Positions 24,241 through 37,050 of a DNA stretch of 64,000 nucleotides are shown here, piece after piece. Below the pieces are notes generated by a model. It was not told where the DNA came from and made no database searches. It was given only the letters and a program-made list of their open reading frames with translations. The first letter of the stretch is position 1; every line of letters starts with the position of its first letter. The position numbers and the translations under genes are program-made. Source of the DNA: Lama guanicoe (Eukaryota); NCBI GenBank assembly GCA_013239625.1, contig MU053365.1, forward strand, positions 845,566-909,565. The letters run 5' to 3'.

Positions 24241-26070
24241 GACAGATTTCTTCATTGTGTAAATGGACAAACTAAGGCATAGAAAATTTAGGTAGTTCTA
24301 GATTCTGCAGCTGCAGAGCCTACCCCTGTCACCAGGACACTATACTGCCTATGGAAATTAAATTGAACAGAGGTGGAAAAACGAGTATTTTTGGAACAAC
24401 ACACAAGGTCCAGAGGAGAGAGTCTCTGGTGTGTTCAAGGAACTGAAGGAAGGCCCGTGTGACCAACAGGAGCAGAGTGCACCAGGGAAGGATCATGTGA
24501 GATATGAGATAAAGCTTGAGAATACCACAGTGGGTTGGTCGCTCACAGCCTTGTGGGTCATGGAAGAAGGTCTGGATTTACCTTAGAGTAATGAGAAGAT
24601 CTTCAATAGTTTTGAGCAGGGTAATGGCATGACCACTTCTGTGAGAAGTGGTGGGGTTCAAGAAATATTTTGGATTTGAAATAAATTGAAACTTGGTGAC
24701 TCACTGGATATTCTCCTCCAGGGAGGAGATAAAAGTTGGAGAGGGGAGTGTGATAAGCTTGTAAGAAATAAATCATTTTTGTGTGTTCAGTCCCTGAGAG
24801 TTCAGGACTACTTTGTGATCATAGCATAACACAGCCTATACTGACTAATGCAGATGATAACTGAAGTCATGGGAGGGGCTAGGACAGAGCCTTGAGAACC
24901 TAAGATTGGGTAGAGGAAGACTGGGCAACAAGAAAGTGCAGCATCCAAGATCATGGGGGACCCTGAAACCAAAGGCAGTGAGGCAGTAAAGCATGAGGGC
25001 ATGCTCAAAAGCCACTTCTGCTGAAAGGCTAAACAAGATGAGGATAGAAGAGTGACTGTTGGATCCTGCAACATTCCAGTCATTGGTGACCTTGACAAGA
25101 TTGGAAGGATTTGAAGAATGAATTGGAGGGGAGGAAGCAAATACAACATGCACATACTATTCATTCATTTATTATATTGCAACAAATAAATGAAGCAATA
25201 TTATGGAGCAGCATGTGGGGGTCCACAAGGGCTTTTATATTTTTTTAGATGGGAGACACTTGAGAATATTTAAATTCTGATAGAAAAATTCAAGAAGTAA
25301 TGGATAACACACATCTTGGACACTGGCTAAGCACTTTTCATGCATGGTCTTATTGAAGGCTCACAAGCAACCCAGTGAGGCGGTTAGTTGAGAACAGTTT
25401 ACAGTTGAGGACATGGTGGCACTAAGAGGTTAAGAGATTTTCCCAGAATCTCACAGCTAGTAAGTAACAAAACCAATGTGTGAACCCAGGCAGTGAGAGA
25501 CTTTGCATTTTCTTCCTCTGCTCTACAGACAAAGAGGTTAAAGAGAAAGGTAATGGGTTGACCCCCATATTTCATGAAGGTCCAGAGCAGGCAGGAAGTA
25601 GTACTCTCTAGGGTACTAGCTTTTTGGTATAGCACACCTCTCTGTGGTAACAGCAGGCATGGAGGAGAGGATGAGTCAGATGCAGTTACTGGACTGAGCA
25701 GGGAGCTGTTGAGGGAGTATTTTCTGATGGTATCTGTATTCCCTGCGATGCAAGAGGCTAGGTCACATATCAAGAATGAAAGGGTGAAGTGGGACAAGGC
25801 CCTTGAGGAAGGGAGAAAAGATTTGAAACAGTGGGTACAGCGAGTGAAGGAGTAAGCGGTGTTAAGGACCCACTTGAGGTTGGTAATGATGAATTTAAAG
25901 TGGAACCAACCTGCCTTGTTACAAGAATTCTTCCAGCAGTGAGCAGCTGTGGATAGAATAATAGCAGCTAAGTTAATTGAATACTTAGCATGTGTCGGGC
26001 ATTGTGCTAAGCACTTTACACGTGTTAGTTCATTAAATATGCTCAATGACTACGAAACAGGTTCAAGGGC
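24240..26070 (-). mobile_element. L2 fragments with interspersed MIRs
   Basis: Antisense L2 motifs (gtcattggtgaccttgacaaga; ttaaggacccacttgaggttgg). MIR pieces at about 24240-24350, 25310-25500 and 25960-26060. Confidence 0.65.
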
Positions 26071-26849
26071 TGATCTGAAGAAGTCTGCTGCCTCACGTTA
26101 CTTCAGCTGGAGCTAGACTTTAGTTTTCTTCTTCCCTCACATCCCGTCAGTGCTGCTGATCATTGCCTCACCATTTCTTGGTCTTGTATCCTCCCCTCTT
26201 CATTAGCAATGGCCCTCCTCCGGCCAGGCACTTCTGACCTCAAGCCTGAATGACCACAGTTGGCCTCCTCATCGGCCTTTCCCTTTCCAGCCTCGGCCTG
26301 TTCCTGTACATCTTTTATATCTAAGGCAACAGGAATAATCTATCTTAAGGAGCTTTTGAATAGATTCTTCTCAGGCTCAAGAACCTGTAATGGTTTCCCA
26401 CTACACCTTGAATCAATTCCCAATTCTTCAGATTAAGATTTAAGACCCTTCAGCAACTAGCCTCACTATTTTTCACCAGTGTTATTCATTATTCCACCCT
26501 ATTTTCTGCATAAATGCTTCTAAAAGCAAAGATCATTCATGATTGTGAGTCTTCTGGGCTCCGTGCTTTTATCATATTTTATGGCTACAATATACACTTG
26601 TGTGTAGAAAATAGCCACTAATTTGAAGAATCCAGTCTAGAGCTCTTTCCTAAGTTTTAGTCTGATGTATCTCAGGGTGTTCAGGCACATACAACTCAGA
26701 ATGTCCAAATGTGAGCTCATCCTCTCTCTGCAACCCCTATGCTGGCCCCAGTTACTATAATTATATTCCTCACTTCAGCCAATGGCAGGACCGTCCATTC
26801 AGTTGTTCTAATTAGAAGTCTGAAAGTCATCTTTTACTCCTATTTCATT

Positions 26850-27900
26850 ATTTCTGAGGTATTATATACATACAGTAAAGTGAAAACACTTTTAAGTGTA
26901 AAGTTCGATGAATATTTACATATGTACACACCCATGTAACCACCACCTGTATCAAGATACGGAATATTTTTAGTACCTAGAAGGCTCCCCAGTGCCGCTT
27001 CCCATAAGTACTAGCATCCAAAGATAACCACTACTCTGACTTCTATCACCTTTGACTAGTTCTGCCTGCTTACATGAATGGGTTCCTACTGCAGGTACTC
27101 TTCTGTCTTTCACAAACATTACATCTGTGAGAATCATCCACGTCATTGCTTGTATCAATAGTTTGTTCTTTTTATTACTCAGTTGTGTTACATTGTATGA
27201 CTATACCCAGATTGAAGTACCCATTCCACTGTTGATGGACCTTTGGGTTGTCTGTGAACAGTTGAGGCTTTTGTGAATAACAATGACATTAACATTTCTA
27301 AACATATTTTTGGTAAGCATAGCCATTCATTTATCTCAGGTGTATACCCAGAAGTGGAACTTTTGAGTCACAAGATAGGTTATTGAACTTTAGCAGATGC
27401 TGTCAAACAATTTTCCAAAATGCTAGTACCACTTTACACTGCTACCAGCAGTATATGAGAGAGCTAACTGTTCCACATCCTTGCTAACACCGTAATATTG
27501 TCAGACTTTTAAATTTTAGTCATTCCGGTAGGTGTGTAGTGGTACCTCACTATGGTTTGAATGTGCATTCCCCTAATGATTAATAATGTTGATCACCTTT
27601 TCATGGGCTTATTAGCCATTTGGAAGTCCTCTTGCAAAATGACTCTTCAAATCTTTAACTAAACTTTAAATTGGGCTGCCTTTTCCTTCTTGATGTGTAA
27701 AATTTCTTTTTATACCCTAGACATGAGTTATCCAACAGACATATGTAAGTGAATATCTTCTCCTAGTCTATTGCTTGCCTTTTCACTTTCTGAATGGCAT
27801 CTTTGAATGAATAGAAATTCTTAATATTAATGAAGTCAATATATAATGTTTCATTTTATAGGTTCTTGTTGTGTCCTGTTAAGAAATCTTTGCCTATGCT
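26850..27900 (-). mobile_element. Old L1 (L1ME/MD-like) 3' fragment inserted in an L2
   Basis: Antisense L1 ORF2-end and 3'UTR motifs (gttccacatccttgctaacac; ttttagtcattc...gtgtgtagtggtacctcac; atggcatctttgaatgaatagaa). Confidence 0.8.
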
Positions 27901-28660
27901 CATCCTTATTTTGACTTCTCCCTCTCCTTCAACCCGTCAACAACTAATTAGTACCAATATCTATAAACCATGCCTCCAAAATATATTCCAAATATGTTCA
28001 GTGTTTCCCACATCCATTGCTAAGATCCCAGGTCAAGCCACCATTATCTGTCATCTGAGCTGCTGTGCCAACTTCCTAACTAGTCTCCTTATTGTGAGAA
28101 TCTTCTCCAATCCATTTTCTACACTGAAGCCATAGTGACATTTCTGAAATGCCAGTCTGACCATGTCACTTCCTTGCTGAAAACCCATCAATGTCTATTC
28201 ATTTGTCTTAGAGTCATAAATGCTATGGTTCTTTCTTACCTCTTTGATTTCATCTAATGCCACTCTAGCAACCCTATTCCCGCAGCTCTTTAATTGGCCA
28301 CAATGATTTTGTTAGTTCCTTGAACGTGCCATGTACTTTCTTGCTTTGTGCATGCTGTTTTCTCTTCCTGGAATATCTTCCATCAATTCTCTACCAAAAC
28401 TGAGCTAACTTGTACTCATCCTCAATAGAGGACCACAGGAGTCACCTTCTCTGAACACTTTGAGTCACTAGGAGTGCACTTGATGCTCCTTCTAAGGGCT
28501 TTCATAGAACTGAATGCATACTCTCATCACACTGCACTGTAAACAACAGTTTATGTGTCTGCCTCCTCGACTAGACAGTGAGCACCTTGAGGGCAAGGAC
28601 TGTGTCATTCTTTTCTGTATTCCCAGCTCTGACCATAGTGTCTGACACATTGTGAATGAG
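27900..28660 (+). mobile_element. L2 3' portion (continuing from about 26600-26850)
   Basis: Sense L2 motifs (ccattatctgtcatctg; tctgaccatgtcactt; ctagacagtgagcaccttgagggcaagg...tgaatg). Confidence 0.75.
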
Positions 28661-28830
28661 AAAGGAAGGAAGGAAAGGAGGAAAGAAGGAAGGAAGAATG
28701 GAATGAAAAAAGAAAGGAAGGAAGGAAGAAAGGAAGGAAGGAAGGAAGAAAGTTACAGAGAGAGAAAGAAAGAAAGAAAGACGGACATGGGATGTAGAGA
28801 TGGAGGGAGGGAGGAAGAAAGAGACAGATG
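28658..28830 (+). repeat. (GGAA/GAAA)n purine-rich simple repeat
   Basis: Directly visible imperfect GGAA/GAAA tandem. Confidence 0.9.
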
Positions 28831-30104
28831 GGTCCAGATCTAGGTGGTATTCTCTAATTTGCAGAATGGTCCTATATCTTGTTAATCCTCTAATAGAGTG
28901 GCTTCCATCACTAGCACTACTACTACAGACCCCAGTCATTGTCTCCAGGTAATCAAATAACCTTTTATTAAAGCTGAGCGGAAACAATGTGGCCTTAACC
29001 CCCAAGTCCAGGGAGCCACTAAAAGACTTTTTTAGAAAGCAATCATTGATGTAGGAAATTAAGGATGGAACTGGCCAAAGATGGAGAGTGGGCTGTTGGA
29101 GAATATTTCTGAAAGTGCTGGGGATACTAGATAACTCTGGAAAGGAGCTACCTCGGGGAATAAAGAGGAGGGCAAACACAGATGATGTTCTCTTTGGAGA
29201 AATGTCAGAATGTGGTAGGCAGATGGGATGTGAGGAACAAAGCATACTTAAGAGCCAAAAGTTACTTTCCAAAGAAAATTTGTTTCTTTTCACCACCAAG
29301 AAATCTAGCTTCTTTAACTGTTAGACAGCCCATAATTTAGTACTCATATAAGACAAAGCAGTGCAACTTTGAGGCTTGCATATCCAGTCCCCACATTTGC
29401 CTTGTTGACAGTATGAAACCAATGGGTTGGTTGGAGTGGAGCAGAGAAATATCTACGATGACAGTGCCTCAGCATAGCAATCTCAAAATACCAGGAGAAC
29501 ACCTTCAGTAACATGGGCTCCTTTCTGCGAGGGTCCAGAGCTGGGAGTGTAGAATGTACTGAAAATGAAGATTCATTGCCAGTCTCACTCACTGTTAATG
29601 CCGCACTCCATCCATTCATCCAATTCCACGAATATTCACTGAGCATCCACCATGAGCTGAGCACTGTCTGGAGTTTTGTAGATACCACATCAATCATGAT
29701 AAAGTCTTGTGTAACTTACATTTAGATATACCAAAACAAAATCAAAAAACCCCAAGTAAACTCAAAAGATAATTTTAGGGAATAATAAATGCTTAGAGGA
29801 AAATAAACAGAGTGAATCAGGATGTTTTCAGCTATATCTGGTAGAAACTCCAACTCAAAATGATTTAAAGAGTAAAGTAATTTATCATCTCATGGAACAG
29901 GAAGTCCAGAGGTAAGACAGGATCCAGGGATGGTTCATTAATGGCTCAACAATACTATCAAGGATCCATCATCTTAAGATTGGCTTCATCCTCTGACTGG
30001 GTGCAAGATGCTGCCCCAGTTCTAAGTATCACCAAAAGATGGGAACATGTCTGGAAGAGCAAGAGAGACACCCTTCCCCTGTTATTATGCTGCTAAAGAC
30101 AATT

Positions 30105-31403
30105 AAGGTCTTTCATAGGTGCCAACTCCTTCCAAAGCTCTGGGAAGGGCCTAGCAATGTGTTCACATGGTCATAAGTTTTTGTAAAATTTGCAAAGATA
30201 AGATATTTTAACCACTTTCAGTTAAGGCCTCTGTCTCCTACTTTGGCATCTCTTCTGTTACACTTCCCCTGATGTCAGGTGGCACTGGAATGGCCATGGG
30301 AATGTTAGGGATCCAGCTAAGGGACATTTGAGTTGTGGATACATTTAATACGGATCTAGTAATATATTTTTACATGTTCTCAGTTACCTCAGCACATACT
30401 TAATTTATCCCTAGCCATTCCAGAGTAGGAATGGCTTCTGGGAATACTCCCACTGCTCATGTTGGTGATTTACCTTGTATCATGAAATGAAAGTGCTGAA
30501 CAGAAATCATTTCATAGTATTATACGCCCTGCCATGCCCAGCCTCAGCCCCAGAACGATGCGGATATTGAAAAAGAAACAAAGTTTCAAACATTCAGAGC
30601 CACAAGCTAGTCTATGGAAAACTCTTCCAACCATTAAACATGTAAAATTATAAAGGGAAAATTTGGTTTCCATTCAAACTATTGAAATGGAAGGTCTCAC
30701 ACATCAGCATGATCATTAACTACAAACATCCAAAGAACAGCCTTGGATTGCTCGATATTCCACTTCACAAAGAGGAGTGAATCACATAAACATATTGGAA
30801 AATATTTCAGTTAAAATCTCTTTCTGACTTGCCATGAAATGATGACATTGACAAGGAAAATATAAACTCAATTTGCCACTACTAGGATATTCCACAAATT
30901 GGTTCATGAATCTGATCAATTCAGAGTAATCTCTGCACAAAAAAAATCCTGAAAACTTTTCTTTCATGGAAGAGACTTGATAGAGGTTTCCCCCAGATTA
31001 GACAATTCTAAAAATTGATTTGATGTTACTAACATCAAGTTGTGATGCTGAAACTATTGTTTCTAAATTACCAATGATAAAAAATAAAATGTTAATCACA
31101 TTTGAGGAAGGGACTAGTTTATCTTTCTACAGAAAATATTCCATAATCATTGTCATTAAAAGAGGTGATCAAAGAATATTCAGCCCAAATACAGGGGAAT
31201 AAAACATAGTTGTCTGCCAGGCAGTTGTTCTGCTGAACTTGTGAGGTCTGATTTATAAAAGTCATTAACTTGTGACTTATTTTCTAATTCAAAATATAAA
31301 GTTTTATGAACAATTTTGTATTTTCATTTTTGCAGTATTTTTGCAAAGAATGCCCACCTCAGACTATGAAAGCAGCAATTCCCACACAATCTGGCTCTAC
31401 TCC
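30105..31403 (+). mobile_element. hAT-Tip100 (Zaphod-like) DNA transposon remnant
   Basis: ORF 31020-31202 (LTSSCDAETIVSKLPMIKNK) resembles the hAT C-terminal dimerisation motif (TSCxAERxFSKLxxIKN). The end caatctggctctactcct resembles a decayed terminal inverted repeat. Confidence 0.65.
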
Positions 31404-31414
31404 TACTCAAGCCT

Positions 31415-32400
31415 TATCCAGGTTAGGGAAGTTTTCAGCTATTAGCTCTTCAAATATTTTCTCAGGCCCTTTCGCTCTTCACCTTCTAGGACCCCTATAG
31501 TACAAATATCTGTGCGCTTGACGTCATCCCAGAGGTCTCTTAAACTCTCCTCAGTTCTTTCCATTCTTTTTTTTTTCTGTTTTGCAGAAGTGATTTCCAC
31601 TACTCTGTCTTCCAGCTTATTCGTGTGTTCTTGTGCCTCATTTATTCTACTATTGATTCCTTCTAGTGTATTTCTCATTTCAGTTATTGTATTCTTCAAC
31701 TCTGTTTGGTTGTTCATTGTATCTTCTAACGTTCTGTTAAAAACTTCTAACTTCTTGCTCTATGCATCCATTTTCCTCCCAAGTGCTTTGATCATCTTTA
31801 TGATCATTACTCTGAACTTTTTCTTAGGTAGATTGCCTATCTCCATATCACTTAGTTCTTTGGGGATTTTATCTTGTTCCTTTGTCTGGAACATATTTCT
31901 CTGCCGTCTCATTTTGTCTAAATTTCTACTTGTATTTCTATGTATGTGGTAGGTTAGTTATGTTTCTCAACCTTGGAGAGGTGACCCTCTGTAAGAGACG
32001 TCCTACGTGTCCTGGCAGTGCACTCGCCTCTTGTCACCCGAGGGCCAGGGGCCAGTTGTTCCTGAAGTAGGGTCTGGCCTGAGTTTGCAGACTTGTTCTG
32101 CAGGCTGCAGAATTATAGTTTTCTTCCCTCTGGTGTCTGGTCTCTAGTGGGTGAGGCTGTTCTAGAGGCTTGTGCAGGCTTCCTGGTGGGAGGGGCCAGT
32201 GCCTGCCCACTGGTGGGCAGAGCTGGATCCTGACCCTCTGGTGGGCAGGGCTATGTCTATGGGTGTGTCTCGAGGTGGCTGTGGGCTCAGGAAGTCTTTA
32301 GGTAGCCTGTCTGCTGATGGGTGGGGATGTGTCCCCACTCGGTTAGGTATTTGGCTTGAGGTGCCCCAGCACTGGATCCCACAGGTTGTTGTGTGGGGCT
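31415..32400 (-). mobile_element. L1 5'UTR plus ORF1 N-terminal fragment (artiodactyl-type), lacking ORF2 and 3' end
   Basis: Minus ORF 31442-31717 (ELKNTITEMRNTLEGINSRINEAQE...EESLRDLWDDVKRTDICTIGVLEGEERK) is the L1 ORF1p coiled coil and RRM start. A GC-richer 5'UTR-like segment lies at 32040-32400. Confidence 0.9.
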
Positions 32401-34245
32401 AGCAGCCTGTTCCCCCTACTAAAACGTAGGCTTGATGAAGGCAGGTATTTTTCTTTGTTTTGTACGTTGCTGTATCCCCAGGACATAGAATAGTGTGCAG
32501 AACATATCTGTTGAGTGAAGGGATGAATTGTTCAGAGTTGGTTCTCATGCCTGTTCCTCAACCAGTCACTGGCACATGAAATACAATGAGCTGCAGAGCA
32601 AGCATCCCCATTCCCTTAATTAAGACTCAGGGTTGAAGGCGGTAGAGGTGAATACATGAACAAAATCAGCGTCCTGTTAAGAAGGAAGGGGGAGACTCAC
32701 GCCAGGTAGGAAACCCACAATGTCCAGTATGAAGGACGAGGAGACAGGGCAGTACGGAGGCTGCTTTAGGGAAGGCGGTCAAGTGAAGACCTCTCTGAAA
32801 GGAGATGACATTTTATCTGAAATCTGGAAGATTAGGAATAATAAGATCTGGGGGGAAAGCTTTTCAAGTAGAGGGAATGGCCAGTGCTAAGGTTTTAAAG
32901 CAGATAAGAGCTTTGTGTGTTTCAAGTACTGAAAAGAAGGCCATTTGGCTGGAGAGCAGAAAGTGAAAGGGAAGAGTGAAATGGGAAGAATTTGAAGAGG
33001 GAGCCCGGGCCGTTTCGAACCCTTGAACTCCAAGGTTAGCCATGTGAAGGGACAAGACAAAGCCACTGACAGGCAGTAAGCAGGGAGTTGTGTGATTTGA
33101 CTGATGCTTTTAACTGTACATTTAGCTGCTGGGTGGGAAATGGGCTGTAGCAGGGCCAGATCAGGCGTGGGAAGACCAAGCTACTAGCCTGGTTGGAAAT
33201 GATGGCATTCCCCTCTCCCCAGCCCCTTGAAAAAGCCTCTAACTGGCTCCCCTGCCTCCACACTCACCCCCTTCCATTCTCCTTTGTATCGCTGCCAGGG
33301 CAATTTTTCTGAAGTTACTACTCTCCACAGTATCATCAGTGCTGTGCCCCCTTCCTGCTGGCAGAATCAGATTCAGACTTCCTATCTGCCATTCACTAGG
33401 CCACACACACCTAGAGGAAGGGGAACTGATGTCTGATTTGCAGACTAGTATGAACTCACCAGGGGTATCTCCTCCTGCCACCGTACTGAGTAGAAATTTC
33501 TCACAGTGCAAGTTCTGGACTGATGTCCCTCAGACATCGATGTGATGGCCCTGCCTGAGGTCCCAGTTTGTGTTAGGTGCGCCTCTCCTGTCCTTGCACA
33601 CCCTGAACTTACTGAATGATATATGGCTTCCTACTTGCCTTCTTCCAGCCACTAGAAATTGAGCACCTCCTGGGAAGTTTTCCCTTCCCCTCGCTTCCCC
33701 TCCTTCTCCCTTACGTCACTGGTGCCTTTACATTTCCTGACACGCAGGGAGTTGCCAGTATTTTTTAACTGAACAACTAGACTAGATTCCCTGATGGTAA
33801 GGGCCATGGTTGTCTCCTTTCTGTGTCCACCACAGCAAAGGGCCTTGCACAGAATAACTACTCAATAAATGTTCCCTACATGGAATCCCACTACTTATTT
33901 AGAGGCCTGTTGGCACTAATGTAATGGAGATTTGCACTACAAAGCACTGACCCAGGTCATCCCTCAAAGCTAAACTTACACGCCTGCTGAAATTGGAAGG
34001 AAGTACCTCCTGATGACTCCTCTCTAATTACAGAGTCTCTCCAAGCACCCTCCAAAAGCAACTGCTCCTGAGAATCACACCCAAACGTGGCTCCAATTCC
34101 ATCCAGCTCTTGTGATCTCCAGATCCACATTATGAAAACACACAAATAAATACCTGAAGACATTTCCCAACAATATCCAACCTTAGTAACCTTCTTTCCC
34201 CTTGAGAACTAAAAGGTTTTGGTATCCCTCAAAGAGGAGGGATCG

Positions 34246-35425
34246 GTTATGGGTTAAATTGTGTCTTCCCAAGATTCCTCAAAAGACTAGGAATAGACTT
34301 ACTGTATGACCCAGGAATCCTTCTCCTGGGCATATACCCAGAAGGAAGCCTACTTCAGGATGACACCTGCACCCCAATGTTCATAGCAGCACTATTTACA
34401 ATAGCCAAGAATGTAAACAGCCTAAATGTCCATCGACAGATGACTGGATAAAGAAGATGTGGTATATTTATACAATGGAATACTATTCAGCCCCAATACC
34501 CGACAACATAATGCCATTTGCAGCAACATGGATGCTCCTGGAGAATGTCATTCTAAATGAAGTAAGCCAGAAAGAGAAAGAAAAATACCATTTGAGATGG
34601 CTCATATGTGGAATCTGAAAAATAAAAAAATAAAAAATAAAGAACATAAATACAAAACAGAAACAGACTCATAGACATAGAATATAAACTTCTGGTTGCC
34701 AGGGAGGAGAAGGGTGGGAAGGAACAAACTGGGAGTTCTAAATTTGCAGATACTGACAGGGATATATAGAATAGATAAACAAGATTATACTGTATAGCAC
34801 AGGGAAATATATACAAGATCTTGTGGTAGCTCATGGTGAAAAACAATGTGACAATGAATATATGTATGTTCATATATAACTGGAAAATTGTGCTCTATGC
34901 TGGAAATTGACACAATGTTGTAAACTGACTATAACTCAATAAAACAAAATTTTTTAAATAATGTAAAAAAATTGTCTCCCCAAAAGATTGAGTTGAAGTC
35001 CTAACCCCTAATATCTCAGAAAGTGATCCTATTTGGAAATAGCATTGTTGCAGATGTAATTAATACAGATGAGCTCACACTGGAGTAGAGTGGGCCCTCA
35101 CTCAGTATCATTGGTGGCCTTATAAGAAGAGAGAGAGCTGGACACAGACACAGAAACACACAGTGAGAAGGTCATGTGACAATGGAGGCAGAGATTGGAA
35201 TGATGAAGTTAGAAGCCAAGGGAGGCCAAGGATTGCCAGGAATCACCCAAAGCTAGGACAAAGAAAGGAAGTATGCACCGCTAGAGCCTTTAGAGGGAGC
35301 ACAGCCCTGCTGCACCCTTGATTTTGGATTTATAACTTCCAGAACTAAGAGAGAAAAAAAATTTTTTGTTGTAAACCATCAAATGTGTGACACTTCGTTA
35401 CAGCAGCTGTGAGAAACTAGTACAG
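34246..35425 (+). mobile_element. MLT1C/D-like MaLR LTR split by an L1 insertion
   Basis: Begins gttatgggttaaattgtgtc at 34246 and resumes at about 34972 with gttgaagtcctaacccc...tttggaaatag...gccaagggaggccaaggattgcc...ttacagcagc...aactagtaca. Confidence 0.85.
34274..34968 (+). mobile_element. 5'-truncated lineage-specific (camelid-type) L1 3' end with A-rich tail
   Basis: L1 ORF2 C-terminal motifs (tgcaccccaatgttcatagcagcactatttacaatagccaag; tggaatactattcagcc), 3'UTR and aataaa with an A-rich tail. Imperfect duplicated flank aaattgtgtcttcccaa / aaattgtctccccaa. Confidence 0.9.
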
Positions 35426-36638
35426 TTCTTCATGCCATTTCAAAGGAGTAGAAAGGAAACAAAGAATGATCAAGTAGTAGGTGGTAGTGAACTTGGAAGA
35501 GCAGTGGGTTAGGCAGTCAGATGACCTGGGTTTGAGTCTGACTCTGTTGCTAATGTGTGATCCTGAACTGTGTAAAATTCAGTTTGCTCACCTGTAAAAT
35601 GGGAAGATAATACTGCCTGGCCGGCTTATCTTACAAGACTGTTATCTGTTATCTGCCGTGAGGATCAATAAAATAACGCACTAGAGCCATATGAAATTTG
35701 TAAAATCAATTCAAATGTGAGGCATTATTACTACCATTAGATCGAGTCTCTTACTTGACTCAAAGAAATTTAAATCTGATTCAAATAAACCCAGTGAAAA
35801 TGGTTGGTTAAAAATAGCATCTAAAAAACTCAAATTTGGGGAATGTAGGTCCACTATGAAAGAGAAGAGCCCCAGTGTTCTGATTAAGATGAAGGAAAAA
35901 TATTTAATTGGTCCCAGGTGCATGTGCATGTCTGCCTCCTGCAATATTTCTTGTTTTGTTCTTTTGTTAACAATTCAGGATGTAAAAAATTAAGCACATC
36001 TATTTTTTTAAGTATCTGAAATAATTGTTTCATCCTCTTAGCATTATTAGAAGGGAGTGAATTACTATTACCTATTAAGAGTTTTTCTATAAAAGACTTC
36101 TTTTTCCAATTTTAAGTGACACTCTCACAAAGATCTTCGATGTTTAATGAGTTTTAGTCACTTCCACCATGAAGAAAACATACAGAAGAGATCCCTTTTG
36201 TATAGGTTTTCAAGTCTGAGAATATAACACAAAAACAGAAAATGAGCCATAATTGGCTAAAGGTGACCCTTAGATACTCCCAAAATGGAAAGTTGAATCA
36301 TTTTCTTAAATGACAAAGAGGGAAGAGATTTAGCCCATTTCCATCCTCAAGCTCAGTTCTTTCAACAACCCCACTCATCACATATATGCATACAAAAGAG
36401 AGGGAAAGAAAAACCTTTAATGTAGGGACTAAAAATAGATAGCAACTGCTTCAGGACCTGCAGGCACTACCTGTTCCCTGTGATGATTCATATTTTGAAG
36501 ATAAAGAATTCTAGGTATTTTCTATATATAGTATGTCATCCTGATAGCCGATGACAAGATATAACAAGCCAAACCACTGTACAGCTTTCGTTTCCATCCC
36601 TCAAGACGGTTCAACATTTAATTAATAACTGGGATAAC

Positions 36639-36740
36639 GGGGGGTAGAGAATAGAGCTCAGTGGTAGAGCATGTGTTTGGCGTGCATAAGGTCCTGGGTT
36701 CAATCCCCAGTAACTCCACTAAGAAAAATAAATAAATAAG
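36639..36740 (+). mobile_element. tRNA-derived SINE (camelid Vic-1-like)
   Basis: A-box (agctcagtgg), B-box (ggttcaatcc) and A-rich tail. 13-bp TSD taactgggataac at 36626-36638 and 36741-36753. Confidence 0.9.
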
Positions 36741-36954
36741 TAACTGGGATAACAAAGAGAAAATATCTGTTTGAATAAAATAAGCATCCAATTAATGAAG
36801 ATGAAGGAACTGAAGCTCAGAAAGATTAAATAACTAGGCCCACATCACAAACCTAAAAAGTGGTGAAGCTGGGCCTATACCTAGATCTGTCTCCATCATC
36901 TATATTTTCACCGGCTGATCTCTTAAAAAAAAACAGTAAATTGTTTCTTTTCGC

Positions 36955-36976
36955 CTCTCCCTCCCTCCGCTTCTCT

Positions 36977-37009
<33 letters not shown>

Positions 37010-37050
37010 CCTCTCCCTCTCTCTCTCTTTCTCTCCCCCTCTTGTCTTCC
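36955..37050 (+). repeat. (CT)n microsatellite / polypyrimidine tract
   Basis: Directly visible. Confidence 0.95.

Larger units (their letters stand above)
29600..33210 (-). mobile_element. Fragmented L2 host element (pieces at about 29600-29810 and 32730-33210) with MLT1J/K-like LTR pieces (about 29815-30080 and 32530-32730)
   Basis: Antisense L2 tail catccattcatcc at about 29610 and antisense L2 motifs at 32730-33210. MLT1-like aaactccaactcaaaatgatttaa...ggaagtccagagg. Confidence 0.55.

Noticed and set aside
25399..26046. 215-aa minus ORF
   Set aside because: A chimera of MIR and L2 sequence with a non-ATG start; a transposon remnant, not a host gene.
28571..29299. Longest ORF in the track (242 aa, minus strand)
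   Set aside because: It runs through the (TTCC)n microsatellite and an L2 end. The low-complexity F/L/S/P composition explains the lack of stops.
36650..36720. tRNA-like sequence with A and B boxes (also at 40.8, 41.6 and 62.05 kb)
   Set aside because: A-rich tails, TSDs, multiple diverged copies and no proper acceptor stem indicate SINEs, not tRNA genes.
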